Part shown: positions 1 through 9,048 of the stretch, in pieces | How positions within the stretch are numbered: the first letter of the stretch is position 1 | Layout of the letters: each line of letters starts with the position of its first letter | Source of the DNA: a virus | Lineage: Duplodnaviria > Heunggongvirae > Uroviricota > Caudoviricetes | Reading direction: 5' to 3' (one strand) | DNA: 64,000 bases | Virus record (IMG/VR): IMGVR_UViG_3300028887_000002 | Coordinates: 32,001-96,000 of that record | Program-made: the position numbers and the translations under genes | The notes under the pieces: generated by a model | Databases searched by the model: none | Told to the model about the DNA's origin: nothing | The model's input: the letters and a program-made list of their open reading frames with translations, nothing else

Positions 1-12
1 TTCTTTCAAGCA

Positions 13-330
13 TTACTTTGCTAGTTTTTTCACTTTGAAATGTTTGCAATCATAAGCAAAGTCGGTTGATGATGTGTCCCCGTTTTCCCTTATGAACTGA
101 ACATAGTCACCCTGTATTGCAATAATCGTACCTCTATATGTGAGAGGTTTGTCAAATGGGTCATTGGTTTCCATTGTAGTCTCAAATCTATCACCGACCT
201 CAAAGTCTTCAATATTTGTTCGACTTGTGAAATTGATTGTTATACAATTAGTGAAAACTGAAATTATAAAAAATGTTGTCAACATAAATAATATAGTTGC
301 AAATATAGCTATTATAACATTCTTGTCCAT
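13..330 (-). CDS. hypothetical protein with N-terminal TM helix
   Basis: 105 aa ORF, hydrophobic N-terminus, in a tightly packed minus-strand run. Confidence 0.6.
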   Translation of the reverse strand: MDKNVIIAIFATILFMLTTFFIISVFTNCITINFTSRTNIEDFEVGDRFETTMETNDPFDKPLTYRGTIIAIQGDYVQFIRENGDTSSTDFAYDCKHFKVKKLAK

Positions 331-331
331 A

Positions 332-733
332 TCATTTAAAAATTTTGGCTCTTTTTTCTTTATTAATTAGTTCATCTAGAGTCTTCTGCGCCTCTTCAAC
401 TCTTTCCTTTGCCTCCTTTATGGCAAATAGTTCATCGGCGGTTCGTGGTTCTGGAACTCCCTTGCAGAATTCTTCAAAGGTCAAGAACTTCAATCCTAAC
501 ATACCATATTCCAATAACTTTTCATACCAATCGTCAAACTTCTTTGGTTCAATATCATAGTCAATACTATATCTGATAGTTGACATATCGGCAAATATAT
601 CGCCCAAGTCTGCAACACCGCCTCTGTCGTCACCAACCCAATAACTTGCAAGGTAGTCAAAGTCGTGTTTCTCACAGAACTCCTTGAGGTATTCGTCACA
701 TACCTTGCGCCACTTTGTCCTTAATAGTTCCAT
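332..733 (-). CDS. hypothetical phage protein
   Basis: 133 aa ORF abutting its neighbours. Confidence 0.7.
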   Translation of the reverse strand: MELLRTKWRKVCDEYLKEFCEKHDFDYLASYWVGDDRGGVADLGDIFADMSTIRYSIDYDIEPKKFDDWYEKLLEYGMLGLKFLTFEEFCKGVPEPRTADELFAIKEAKERVEEAQKTLDELINKEKRAKIFK

Positions 734-738
734 ATGTT

Positions 739-1230
739 CTACTCCTCTTCCTTTGGTTTAACAATTACTAGGTCGCCACCGCTATAAGCCTTGAACGGCT
801 TGTCGGCCATCACTGTGTGTCGCATTATTTCGCGCTGTTCGTCAGTGAATACATAGTTGAACCTCGCATGTCTCAAAACTTGATACATATCCCAGTAGCA
901 GTCAGCAGTATCATCATAACCGATACCATAACTTGCATGGTCGGATAAACCCCAGCACAACTTCTTGATTTCACTGAGGTGCTGTTCAAGCGAATGCCTC
1001 ATTTCCCACCATTCCTTTGTACCGATTGAAGTCTTATCGGTATGCTGCTTTTTCTTCTCTTCCTTTTCGTATGCTGCTTCACATACTTCTTGTACAGTGA
1101 AGCCCAGTTGCCCGCAAGTTATCCTTGACATAAACTCGCAGGCGTGTTCAAGATACCACATCTGGTCTTCATCCAGTTCAATCGTGAACTTTTTCTTTTT
1201 TTCTTTCTTATCTTTCATAGTAAACCGCAA
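739..1230 (-). CDS. hypothetical phage protein
   Basis: 163 aa ORF; start may be the ATG at 1218. Confidence 0.7.
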   Translation of the reverse strand: MRFTMKDKKEKKKKFTIELDEDQMWYLEHACEFMSRITCGQLGFTVQEVCEAAYEKEEKKKQHTDKTSIGTKEWWEMRHSLEQHLSEIKKLCWGLSDHASYGIGYDDTADCYWDMYQVLRHARFNYVFTDEQREIMRHTVMADKPFKAYSGGDLVIVKPKEEE

Positions 1231-1232
1231 TA

Positions 1233-1937
1233 TTAGTTATCAACTTCTATTTCTACAAGGTCATCGTCTTCCATATCACTTTCATAGTAGATGTCAACCC
1301 AATCGTCATCTTCTGGAATTTCAACATCAATGCCGAAAACATCCTTCCAAGCGTTCTTTACTGTTTCGCGGTTGGTACTTGGCGCAGCCCATACAAGTGA
1401 AACGAAATGGTTTACATCTCTAAGGCCAAAACGATAGGTTCTCCTGTAACCTTCAAGGATTTCCTTGAGTTTGTTGGCTGGTTCCTCACCGATAATCTTG
1501 TCAATTGTATCAACATCAATACAATGACGGACATTCTTACCATCACTCCATTTGGTTGGGGTATTTACTTCGTGCAAACCGCCTTTTTCATAGAGGATTT
1601 CCAATAAGAACTTCATATCATCATCCCAGTAGGCTGATATGCCGTATGCTTCCTGGCGATTATTCAGAATGGTCTTCTGTACATTATATGGAACATAGAA
1701 AAAGTCATCTGGGTATGTATACTTTCCGTCACAATATGTCTTACGCCAGTTCTCATCGCCGTTTTCAGCCTTGCATTCTTCATTGAGTTCCTTGCAGATT
1801 TCCATAAACGACTTGTCGCTGACAGGACGTGCGATGCTGTACATATAGTCAAGGGTTTCACGCAACTGCTTGCTGATTACATCCGACCTGTTGAGGTAGT
1901 CATATACTACCTTTGAATTTTTTGAATTGGTTTCCAT
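1233..1937 (-). CDS. hypothetical phage protein
   Basis: Start moved to METNSK (1937), downstream of the promoter at 1982-2012. Confidence 0.7.
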   Translation of the reverse strand: METNSKNSKVVYDYLNRSDVISKQLRETLDYMYSIARPVSDKSFMEICKELNEECKAENGDENWRKTYCDGKYTYPDDFFYVPYNVQKTILNNRQEAYGISAYWDDDMKFLLEILYEKGGLHEVNTPTKWSDGKNVRHCIDVDTIDKIIGEEPANKLKEILEGYRRTYRFGLRDVNHFVSLVWAAPSTNRETVKNAWKDVFGIDVEIPEDDDWVDIYYESDMEDDDLVEIEVDN

Positions 1938-1981
1938 AGTATTATATTTTTTTCTGTTATTTATAAAATTTTTTCCAAACG

Positions 1982-2012
1982 CAAAAATAACTAATATTTT
2001 TGAATCGCCAAA
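1982..2012 (-). promoter_or_regulatory. Bacteroidota sigmaA-type promoter
   Basis: TTTG-N19-TATTTTTG on minus strand. Confidence 0.7.
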
Positions 2013-2035
2013 TAATTTTTTTTTTGTTTTTTTTT

Positions 2036-2383
2036 CTAACAATAGACTTTTGGTGTTCTATAACTGTACCACTGGTTAGCGTTATAGAACATTTGTTCGA
2101 GTTCGCGCCTGTCGGTGTCAACCATAACAACATTAAGTGCTGTCAATAATATGTCGTTGAATAGGCGGAAGTTGTCGTGGTTGTCAATTCCGATGTAATA
2201 TTCATCTTCTTTTCCATAAATATCAACAACTACCTTGTATGCGTATGAAGGGTTGGCATCTATATCTACTCGTACCTTTGATGCATCGTCAAGTCCATCA
2301 AAATATCCTACATTGTCAGGATTTTCCCTTTCGATTGAAAGAATGTATATTCCGTTTGTATTCATATAGTTGTAATTTTTCAA
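2036..2383 (-). CDS. hypothetical protein
   Basis: 115 aa ORF. Confidence 0.6.
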   Translation of the reverse strand: MKNYNYMNTNGIYILSIERENPDNVGYFDGLDDASKVRVDIDANPSYAYKVVVDIYGKEDEYYIGIDNHDNFRLFNDILLTALNVVMVDTDRRELEQMFYNANQWYSYRTPKVYC

Positions 2384-2385
2384 AG

Positions 2386-2721
2386 TTAAACAAAAATCAA
2401 GTAGTCCATTATTCCATAACCACCAGACGCTTGTGCGAATTTCACTTTCTTGCTGTTGAGTTCTTCTTCAATGTCACCAAGCACCCAACCGTGTTTATAT
2501 TTGTATCTTGTTTTGTCTTGGAAGTTCTCCTCCGCATTATATTCATCCTTGATTATGTCAAAACAACCAAACTCTTCGGGACGATTGCGAACTATATAAT
2601 GGACAAAATCTTCAACAGTCATCTGATAACGCATTTTGATATCGAATGACATCGTGCAATCGCGTGACATTTCATTGGTGGATATGAATTCTAAAGTGTG
2701 CATATTGTTAATATTTTCCAA
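2386..2721 (-). CDS. hypothetical protein
   Basis: 111 aa ORF. Confidence 0.65.
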   Translation of the reverse strand: MENINNMHTLEFISTNEMSRDCTMSFDIKMRYQMTVEDFVHYIVRNRPEEFGCFDIIKDEYNAEENFQDKTRYKYKHGWVLGDIEEELNSKKVKFAQASGGYGIMDYLIFV

Positions 2722-3571
2722 TAATAGTCAATGCCTGTGGTGGAATGTTGTTATAGGTGTAGATTGCTCGGCTTGCCATTGGGTCAACATAAAATTGAAT
2801 GTTTTCTGGAAGTTTTGATATGTCAATCCTCAGAATTGTGTATTCGTTATTGTCAGAATCATGTAGTTTGGTGTTGCGTGACCTTTCTATCTGAATATTC
2901 TTCAATGTGACGGTTTGGTCGTAGGTTAATCCATTTCCCTTCATACAATACACACGACTCGGATAAAAGAAAAGGGTATTGTTTGCGTGTGGTGAAAGTC
3001 CTTTTTCCAAAATCTTCTTCAAGTGAATTGTCGGGGTTGCATGATAAAGAAATTGATAGTTTTCCTTGATTTCCTCGGTCACTTCCTCTGAAAACTTCGG
3101 TTCAAAATAATAAGCCACAAACTTTCCATCATTGGATGTTTTGTTTTCCCTTGATGTGTGATAACCGCAAGTTTGCATATAATGTTTGATTTCACCGATG
3201 GTGTTCTTGTCGGTTGTGGCTGATAGTATGATGATTGGAAGCATTATCTTCTTGCCGTCCGAAAAAAACTCCTTGATTTGGAACTGGTTGGGATTAAGGC
3301 TGAACCTTCTACAAATGATATCCTTTGTTTTGTTAATATCATAAGTTCGGATTAGCCCTTCCTCTATAGGCTCCTCAAATCTTCTTCGCATAAACTCTGG
3401 GTCACTGTAACTTCCATAAGTCCAACGCATATCAGGAATATCATCACAATTCTCAATTGGTTCGGTCACCTTTTTCTTGCTGTCCTCAATGTTTTTCAGA
3501 TATTCGCCAAGTACCTCTTTGGTGATATTAACCAAATCATCTTTTGATATTTTGAAAGTTTTCTTAGCCAT
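2708..3571 (-). CDS. putative ADP-ribosyltransferase-fold protein (Tpt1/KptA C-domain or DarT-like)
   Basis: C-terminal LYHAT...ILEKGL.P...RVY...ILRID...FYVDP...YTYNNIPP pattern. Confidence 0.55.
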   Translation of the reverse strand: MAKKTFKISKDDLVNITKEVLGEYLKNIEDSKKKVTEPIENCDDIPDMRWTYGSYSDPEFMRRRFEEPIEEGLIRTYDINKTKDIICRRFSLNPNQFQIKEFFSDGKKIMLPIIILSATTDKNTIGEIKHYMQTCGYHTSRENKTSNDGKFVAYYFEPKFSEEVTEEIKENYQFLYHATPTIHLKKILEKGLSPHANNTLFFYPSRVYCMKGNGLTYDQTVTLKNIQIERSRNTKLHDSDNNEYTILRIDISKLPENIQFYVDPMASRAIYTYNNIPPQALTIIGKY

Positions 3572-3601
3572 AGTTTCTTGAAATATTTTTTTTTCACTCA
3601 A

Positions 3602-3633
3602 CAAAAATATAACATTTATTTGGAGCTGCCAAA
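3602..3633 (-). promoter_or_regulatory. Bacteroidota sigmaA-type promoter
   Basis: TTTG-N20-TATTTTTG. Confidence 0.65.
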
Positions 3634-4062
3634 TATTTTGTCAATTTTCTTTCCGTTTTGGTACGCAACATATGTCCCGTCAACAAAATATAGGTTGATA
3701 TCGGACTTGCCGTATTTAGAAAATTGAGAATAGAACCATTCGTCCTTTGTGAACAGACGTCGTTTCATATTGTCGGTGAGTGTTGAATTGACAAATGATG
3801 GTCTAACCAGTTCAGCCTTTCTGCTTTCGTTTTTCGCCGTTTCTGAATTTCCGTCCCGATAGTTCGACAGACAACTGGCGTAATGTTTAAGGTAGTCTAG
3901 ATGACTGCTGTACATCTTCACGACTGGATGGTTTTTCCATGCGGTACTTTCGCCTTTGATTGCCTTGACGATTTGGTTGCATTCGACTATCTGCTTGTTC
4001 AACCTCCGTCTGTCAAGGACTGACGCTGTGTAGTATGGCGTTCCGAGAATAAAGATTTGCAT
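3616..4062 (-). CDS. pyrimidine dimer DNA glycosylase / endonuclease V family protein
   Basis: MQIF...LDRRRLNKQIVEC.QI...W.NHP.VKMY signature. Confidence 0.75.
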   Translation of the reverse strand: MQIFILGTPYYTASVLDRRRLNKQIVECNQIVKAIKGESTAWKNHPVVKMYSSHLDYLKHYASCLSNYRDGNSETAKNESRKAELVRPSFVNSTLTDNMKRRLFTKDEWFYSQFSKYGKSDINLYFVDGTYVAYQNGKKIDKIFGSSK

Positions 4063-4069
4063 GGTTATA

Positions 4070-4348
4070 TTACTTAAAAATGGTTTCACAATAAAATGCT
4101 AACGGTTTATCTTTGAACTGATATTCCTCAATAACAGCATCTTCAGTGAATTCTATCTCGTTTTTTGTTTCATAATCAATGGAAACACCAACATTGATAA
4201 TGCGTCCGAACCAAGAACTTTTGTCATAAAAGAAACACTTGGTAGGTCTAACTACAATGCCATCGGGAAATTTCACCCGACACTGCAAGGTTGGGCAGAA
4301 ATAACTCCTATTGTTATCAAGTCTATAATATTTGTTAGTTTCAATCAT
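4070..4348 (-). CDS. hypothetical protein
   Basis: 92 aa ORF. Confidence 0.6.
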   Translation of the reverse strand: MIETNKYYRLDNNRSYFCPTLQCRVKFPDGIVVRPTKCFFYDKSSWFGRIINVGVSIDYETKNEIEFTEDAVIEEYQFKDKPLAFYCETIFK

Positions 4349-4367
4349 TTGTTCTATTTTTGTTTAA

Positions 4368-4412
4368 TAAAACGGGCAAGAAGTCCCCTTCCTTCGGGTG
4401 GGGGTAGTTCAT
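4368..4412 (+). mobile_element. 45-bp IS605-type scar (fused left and right ends)
   Basis: Preceded by TTTAA; 5' part matches the left end and 3' part (GGGGTAGTTCAT) the right end of the element at 5832-7308. Confidence 0.8.
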
Positions 4413-4615
4413 AGTCCTAATGTTAAATCTTTCTCTTCTCCGTCATCAGTCACTATAAAAGTGCCATGATAACTTGCTACAAACAAGTCTGCTTCTACAT
4501 CGTAATAGTATGGATGATTCGTTCCAGGTCCATACTCACTCTTTGGAGTATCTGCATAGACTTTGTAATAGGTCTTGCACAACTCTTCTATCTTCTGTTG
4601 TTTCTCTATTGTCAT
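4409..4615 (-). CDS. hypothetical protein
   Basis: 68 aa ORF; its stop codon lies in the IS scar. Confidence 0.6.
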   Translation of the reverse strand: MTIEKQQKIEELCKTYYKVYADTPKSEYGPGTNHPYYYDVEADLFVASYHGTFIVTDDGEEKDLTLGL

Positions 4616-4617
4616 AA

Positions 4618-5487
4618 TTACTCTCCTATTAATATTCTCTGTTCAACATAGTCTCTATCCTGTGTGAGAATTGGCATATCATAATCAATAATCCACTCTT
4701 TACGAATTTCACCATTCTCTAAAGTTCTTGGAATCTGGATTACTGCAACTCCTCTCTTGAACTTCGTAGGAATGTCATTCCAGTTGATTCCTTTCTCAGT
4801 CATTAGCATATCTTGAATGTCATTGCAAGATTTCTTGAACAACTGCTTTGGTGAATAGTGATACCTTCCGAGCATCTCAATAGAGTTTCTTGTAGCATCT
4901 TGCTGCCTCCAAATCACACAGTTACAAACCTCCTCTTTAGGTATATTGAAGCATCTTGCATCGAACATTGCAGTGCCTTCTACTGACTTATAAGTTTCTA
5001 ACAACTTTTCAATCTTTTCAGTATCTTCTAAGTCCAGACCATACACTTCTTTGAATTGTGTCTTATGTTTTTCAAATGAAGGATTGTTAAACGCATAATC
5101 TCTTTGAAAAAATATATCTACAAATTCTTTGAAATATTTATTGAACAACATAGTAGCCATTGAAGCAGTAATACTACACATCTTCTGAACTTCATAGCCA
5201 AACCACGCTTCTGTATTCAACTTCTCATAATCCTGAAGTACCAATGTAATTTCATCAGATTGAGTATAGCCAAATACACAGCCTTGAATTCTCTTACAAA
5301 GCTCTTTAGTGGTCTCAGCCATTGTGTATTGTAATACATAATCATAAGGCTTGTTGAAATGCCTTGTGAAAGTGTGAAAAGCCTTGCCGTCGATTCTTAT
5401 GATTACTGGAGTTCTTCTCATAAGCGAAGTCTTTGAAATGCCTTCATAATAAGACTTCATTCTATCACCTAAACTATCTTTTGTCAT
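4618..5487 (-). CDS. thg1: tRNA(His) guanylyltransferase Thg1-like protein
   Basis: RIDGKAFHTFT, YTQSDEI, FDAR, WRQQDA.RNS motifs. Confidence 0.93.
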   Translation of the reverse strand: MTKDSLGDRMKSYYEGISKTSLMRRTPVIIRIDGKAFHTFTRHFNKPYDYVLQYTMAETTKELCKRIQGCVFGYTQSDEITLVLQDYEKLNTEAWFGYEVQKMCSITASMATMLFNKYFKEFVDIFFQRDYAFNNPSFEKHKTQFKEVYGLDLEDTEKIEKLLETYKSVEGTAMFDARCFNIPKEEVCNCVIWRQQDATRNSIEMLGRYHYSPKQLFKKSCNDIQDMLMTEKGINWNDIPTKFKRGVAVIQIPRTLENGEIRKEWIIDYDMPILTQDRDYVEQRILIGE

Positions 5488-5492
5488 AATTC

Positions 5493-5702
5493 TTATTTGT
5501 TTTCTTTTACATCAAGATAAATTACTTCAATATTTGGCATTCCTTCTTCATGCGGAATAGGGTCCATTTCATCATCACCAGTAGTTGGAAAAGCACCTTA
5601 TTTAGATATATCTATATTTGATGCATCGTATCTCTCAAAATTCAAATCATTATCACAAACAGTTCCGACTATTTCTACTTCTTTAATATCACTAATTTTC
5701 AT
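5493..5702 (-). pseudogene. small ORF with one in-frame TAA
   Basis: MKISDIKE...DISK*GAFPTTG...KENK*; frame stays open after the TAA at 5598-5600. Confidence 0.4.
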
Positions 5703-5935
5703 ATCTCTATATATTTTTTTTAAATCTTATATTCTATTATTTTGTTTCTCTTAAATATACAATTCCCAAGAAAAATTTAGTTTTCTTCCATTGTCTGTTG
5801 GAAGATGTGGTGCAGATTTAATTGCATTTAATAATACGGGCAAGAAGTCTCCTTCCTTCAGGTGGGGGATGAATTGCCCTTGGTTGATAATATCGTTAGT
5901 TATCTCTGTCATATCGTTTCTTTGATTTGACGCTG

Positions 5936-5967
5936 CAAATATACAACGTCTTTTTGAAACCACCAAA
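5936..5967 (-). promoter_or_regulatory. outward-facing Bacteroidota promoter inside the IS
   Basis: TTTG-N20-TATATTTG. Confidence 0.7.
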
Positions 5968-6043
5968 CTTTTTTTGAAAAAAATAAATATTCTTGAAATT
6001 ATATATAAATATTGTTATATTTATATATAAAACGACTTTCATT

Positions 6044-7303
6044 ATGAAGGAACTACGAGGTTACAGGTACAGGATTTATCCGAACGCCGAGCAGTCAACC
6101 ATAATTGCACGGACAATAGGGTGCGCCCGCCTCGTATATAACCTTCTCCTTGCGGACTTCACCTCCCAACTGGGCGGCGAGGAAAAACCCAAACTCCATG
6201 AAGTGACGTACTTCAAGAAGGACAGGCCGTTCTTGTCAGAAGTGGATTCGCTTGCTTTGGCAAACGCCAAACAGAACATCCAGACCGCCCTGACCAACTG
6301 GAGCAAGTCCAGGAAAGGTCAACGCAAGGGCAAAAGGGTCGGGTTCCCGACTTTCCACAGCAAGGCGAAATCCCGCCTGTCCTACAAGACGAACAACCAG
6401 AACGGAACCGTGAGGATTGAAGGTAATTACCTTAAACTGCCGAAGGTAGGCTATGTCAAGATTGTCCTTGACAGACCACCCGCTGGCGACATACGCTCGT
6501 GTACCGTGGAGCAGACAAGGGATGGAAAGTTCTTCGTGTCCCTCTGCATGGAGGTTGAGATTGAAACGAAACAAAAGAACAAACGATATGACGACCTCAA
6601 GGTCGTGGGGGTGGACATGTCATTCCCGCACTTCTCGGTCGACTCGGAAGAAATATCTGGCGATACGAAAGCCAAGTACGTCAGGCAGTACCGTGAGAAC
6701 GAGAAAAAGTTGAAACGGCTTCAACGCTGGGTTTCAAGGAAGAACAAGGGTTCTGCGAACTACGCGAAGGCGAAGCGGAGGCTTGCCGAACTGCATGCCT
6801 ACATTGCCAACTGCCGAAGGGATTTCTGCCACAAGACGTCCCGATGGTACGCGGAGAACTGGGACGTTATTGTCCTTGAGGGCATAAACATGCAGACGAT
6901 GGCACGGCTGCACAACAACGGCAAGTCCGCCAACGACCTTGGGTTCGGGATGTTCAAGGGATTTCTTGAATACAAGTGCAGGGAGACTGATTCCATCGTG
7001 ATGTATGTGGACAGATGGTTCGCAAGTAGCAAGACCTGCCACTGTTGTGGGTATAAGAAGACCGACTTGGAATTGAGGGACAGGAAGTGGACTTGTCCGC
7101 AGTGCGGAACGCACCACGACCGCGACCTGAACGCAGCCTTGAACCTCAGGGATTATTTTTACAGGGTCGTCACGGAAGAAAACTACAATACCGCAGGGAC
7201 TGCGGGAATTTACGCCTCAGGAGAGGCGACCTCTACGTTAAGGGAAACCTTAAGGCAAGCCGCCTCATTGAACGAGGAAACCCCTTCCTTCAGGTGGGGG
7301 TAG
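6044..7303 (+). CDS. tnpB: RNA-guided endonuclease TnpB
   Basis: YRYRIYPN HTH; RuvC I (GVDM), II (VLEGIN), III (DRDLNAA); CHCC/CPQC zinc finger. Confidence 0.95.
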   Translation: MKELRGYRYRIYPNAEQSTIIARTIGCARLVYNLLLADFTSQLGGEEKPKLHEVTYFKKDRPFLSEVDSLALANAKQNIQTALTNWSKSRKGQRKGKRVGFPTFHSKAKSRLSYKTNNQNGTVRIEGNYLKLPKVGYVKIVLDRPPAGDIRSCTVEQTRDGKFFVSLCMEVEIETKQKNKRYDDLKVVGVDMSFPHFSVDSEEISGDTKAKYVRQYRENEKKLKRLQRWVSRKNKGSANYAKAKRRLAELHAYIANCRRDFCHKTSRWYAENWDVIVLEGINMQTMARLHNNGKSANDLGFGMFKGFLEYKCRETDSIVMYVDRWFASSKTCHCCGYKKTDLELRDRKWTCPQCGTHHDRDLNAALNLRDYFYRVVTEENYNTAGTAGIYASGEATSTLRETLRQAASLNEETPSFRWG

Positions 7304-7328
7304 TTCATCAGTGTTTCAAAAGCAACTG
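7188..7328 (+). ncRNA. TnpB omegaRNA (scaffold to 7308, then guide CAGTGTTTCAAAAGCAACTG)
   Basis: Hairpins overlap the tnpB 3' end; CCTC/GAGG pairing; guide is the flank beyond the right end; 5' limit approximate. Confidence 0.75.
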
Positions 7329-7402
7329 TTGCCTCCATCATTCCGCACACAGTTTCATCACGAATTATCTTTGCTATATATTTTTTATCGTCTGTGGTCA
7401 TA

Positions 7403-7864
7403 CTATTCTTCTGAATTTAAAATGTCATAATATGGTTTAAATTTACCTTTAAAGTGACCAACGGCTACTGCATAATACCATAAAGTTCTCAATGCCAAAT
7501 TACTGAATTGCATTGGAAGTGTTCTACCTACTAAATGTCCTTCGTTGCATTCATCCAATGTCAAAATCTCTTTTGGCTTATTGTCAGAGCACCAATCATT
7601 GAAGTACATTTTTTCAGCATTATCTGCTACTACATAAATGCACTTACTAAGGTCAAAAGTATTATTTTCAAAATCACCCTTAACTGCACTATAACACATT
7701 AAATAGTCATTTAAAGTCTTGATTATATTTGCTCTCTGTTGAAATTTCTTTTCATCCGCTTTAAATTCTAAATATTCCTTCTCAATCTTATCGTGATTTA
7801 CTTTAGAATACAATCTATCAAAGTCTTCAAAAGAAATTTTCTTATCTAACATATAAACACTCAT
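7403..7864 (-). CDS. hypothetical protein
   Basis: 153 aa ORF. Confidence 0.65.
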   Translation of the reverse strand: MSVYMLDKKISFEDFDRLYSKVNHDKIEKEYLEFKADEKKFQQRANIIKTLNDYLMCYSAVKGDFENNTFDLSKCIYVVADNAEKMYFNDWCSDNKPKEILTLDECNEGHLVGRTLPMQFSNLALRTLWYYAVAVGHFKGKFKPYYDILNSEE

Positions 7865-7896
7865 AATATAATTGTTTTTTTATATTTTATAAATCT

Positions 7897-8319
7897 TTAC
7901 TTTGAACTGTTTGCTTTATAGTATTCTTTTCGCTCTTCTATAATCTTTTCAATGTTCAATATGTCATCAAACGTGCAAAAGCCGTAAGTATGATTGTTTC
8001 CATCAAAACGATAGTGCAAAGGAGAATACTTTAATATCACTTTATTTGGATGTACCGTAACATGATTGAACATAGAAAATGGAAAATGTGGAACATTTCT
8101 ATCATCTAAGAAAGCATCAATAAAATATTCCCAGTCTGGATATGACTTTATATGCAATAATATTGTATTTTCATCTGAATATATTACTTCTTGGTCTGTA
8201 CGGATTTTCATATATCTATCAGCAGCATCTTGCATCACTTTAGATATATTTTCTACTTTTGAATTAGTAAGTAACTCTCGTTCTATTTTAACTCTGTCAA
8301 AAACTTTTTTATTTTCCAT
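7897..8319 (-). CDS. hypothetical protein
   Basis: 140 aa ORF. Confidence 0.65.
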   Translation of the reverse strand: MENKKVFDRVKIERELLTNSKVENISKVMQDAADRYMKIRTDQEVIYSDENTILLHIKSYPDWEYFIDAFLDDRNVPHFPFSMFNHVTVHPNKVILKYSPLHYRFDGNNHTYGFCTFDDILNIEKIIEERKEYYKANSSK

Positions 8320-8496
8320 TGTATTATTTTTTTATTTTATATTAAGTTATTTAATTTATTAAAATTCTTAACAAAAGATTCACAAAATGACCATGATGTA
8401 ATCTTACTATTCTCTACGCACGAAAGAATATGATTGACTTCATCTTCTGCCACTTTATTCAGTGTTTCTTTCACAATATCTTCAGTTCTCATAAGC

Positions 8497-9021
8497 CTAT
8501 TCCTTCTCCTTCAACTTTATCGGCTGCAATGTGCGGAATATCTCATCGAACAGGGTGTGATTACACTCGAAGAAATACTCGTAAACTTGACCAATAAGAT
8601 TGCTTGATTCTGCGAAGCCCATAAAGTAATGCTCCTTGCAGTCGAGGTGTATCTTGTTGAGCGTTTCAATGAAATCCGTACAGGAAGTGCCGAACACATG
8701 TGCAATACCACCAGCCGAATAAACCCATTTTTCGATGATATAGCCTTCCTTATACAACCACTTCGGAGTCAGACCGCCTTCATACAACTTCCAATACTTC
8801 AGCGATGGTAGGTTGGTCTTTTCTAACTTTTCCTTAAACTCATCAATCGGTACGGCAATCCATACGCATACATCCGTCACTGGATAACCCTCTCTTAATT
8901 TTTCACAAAGATAATCGGTGACAATCCCCTTGAACTCCTTGTATGTATCCGTAGGCACATTATTCTTCTTCACATCATTGAAGAACTCTTCCCAAAACTT
9001 GTTACAAATGTCTGTAATCAT
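8497..9021 (-). CDS. hypothetical protein
   Basis: 174 aa ORF. Confidence 0.7.
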   Translation of the reverse strand: MITDICNKFWEEFFNDVKKNNVPTDTYKEFKGIVTDYLCEKLREGYPVTDVCVWIAVPIDEFKEKLEKTNLPSLKYWKLYEGGLTPKWLYKEGYIIEKWVYSAGGIAHVFGTSCTDFIETLNKIHLDCKEHYFMGFAESSNLIGQVYEYFFECNHTLFDEIFRTLQPIKLKEKE

Positions 9022-9048
9022 AATCTTAAAAATTTATTTTTATTAAAC

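Larger units (their letters stand above)
5832..7308 (+). mobile_element. IS200/IS605-family (IS1341-like, tnpB-only) element
   Basis: Upstream TTTAA target; CCTTCCTTCAGGTGGGGG subterminal motif at both ends; right end TTCAT; no intact tnpA. Confidence 0.88.
5751..7401 (-). pseudogene. 57-aa phage gene interrupted by the IS element
   Basis: Removing 5832-7308 joins MTTDDKK...AFETL to LNAIKSAPH...WELYI* in frame. Confidence 0.7.
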
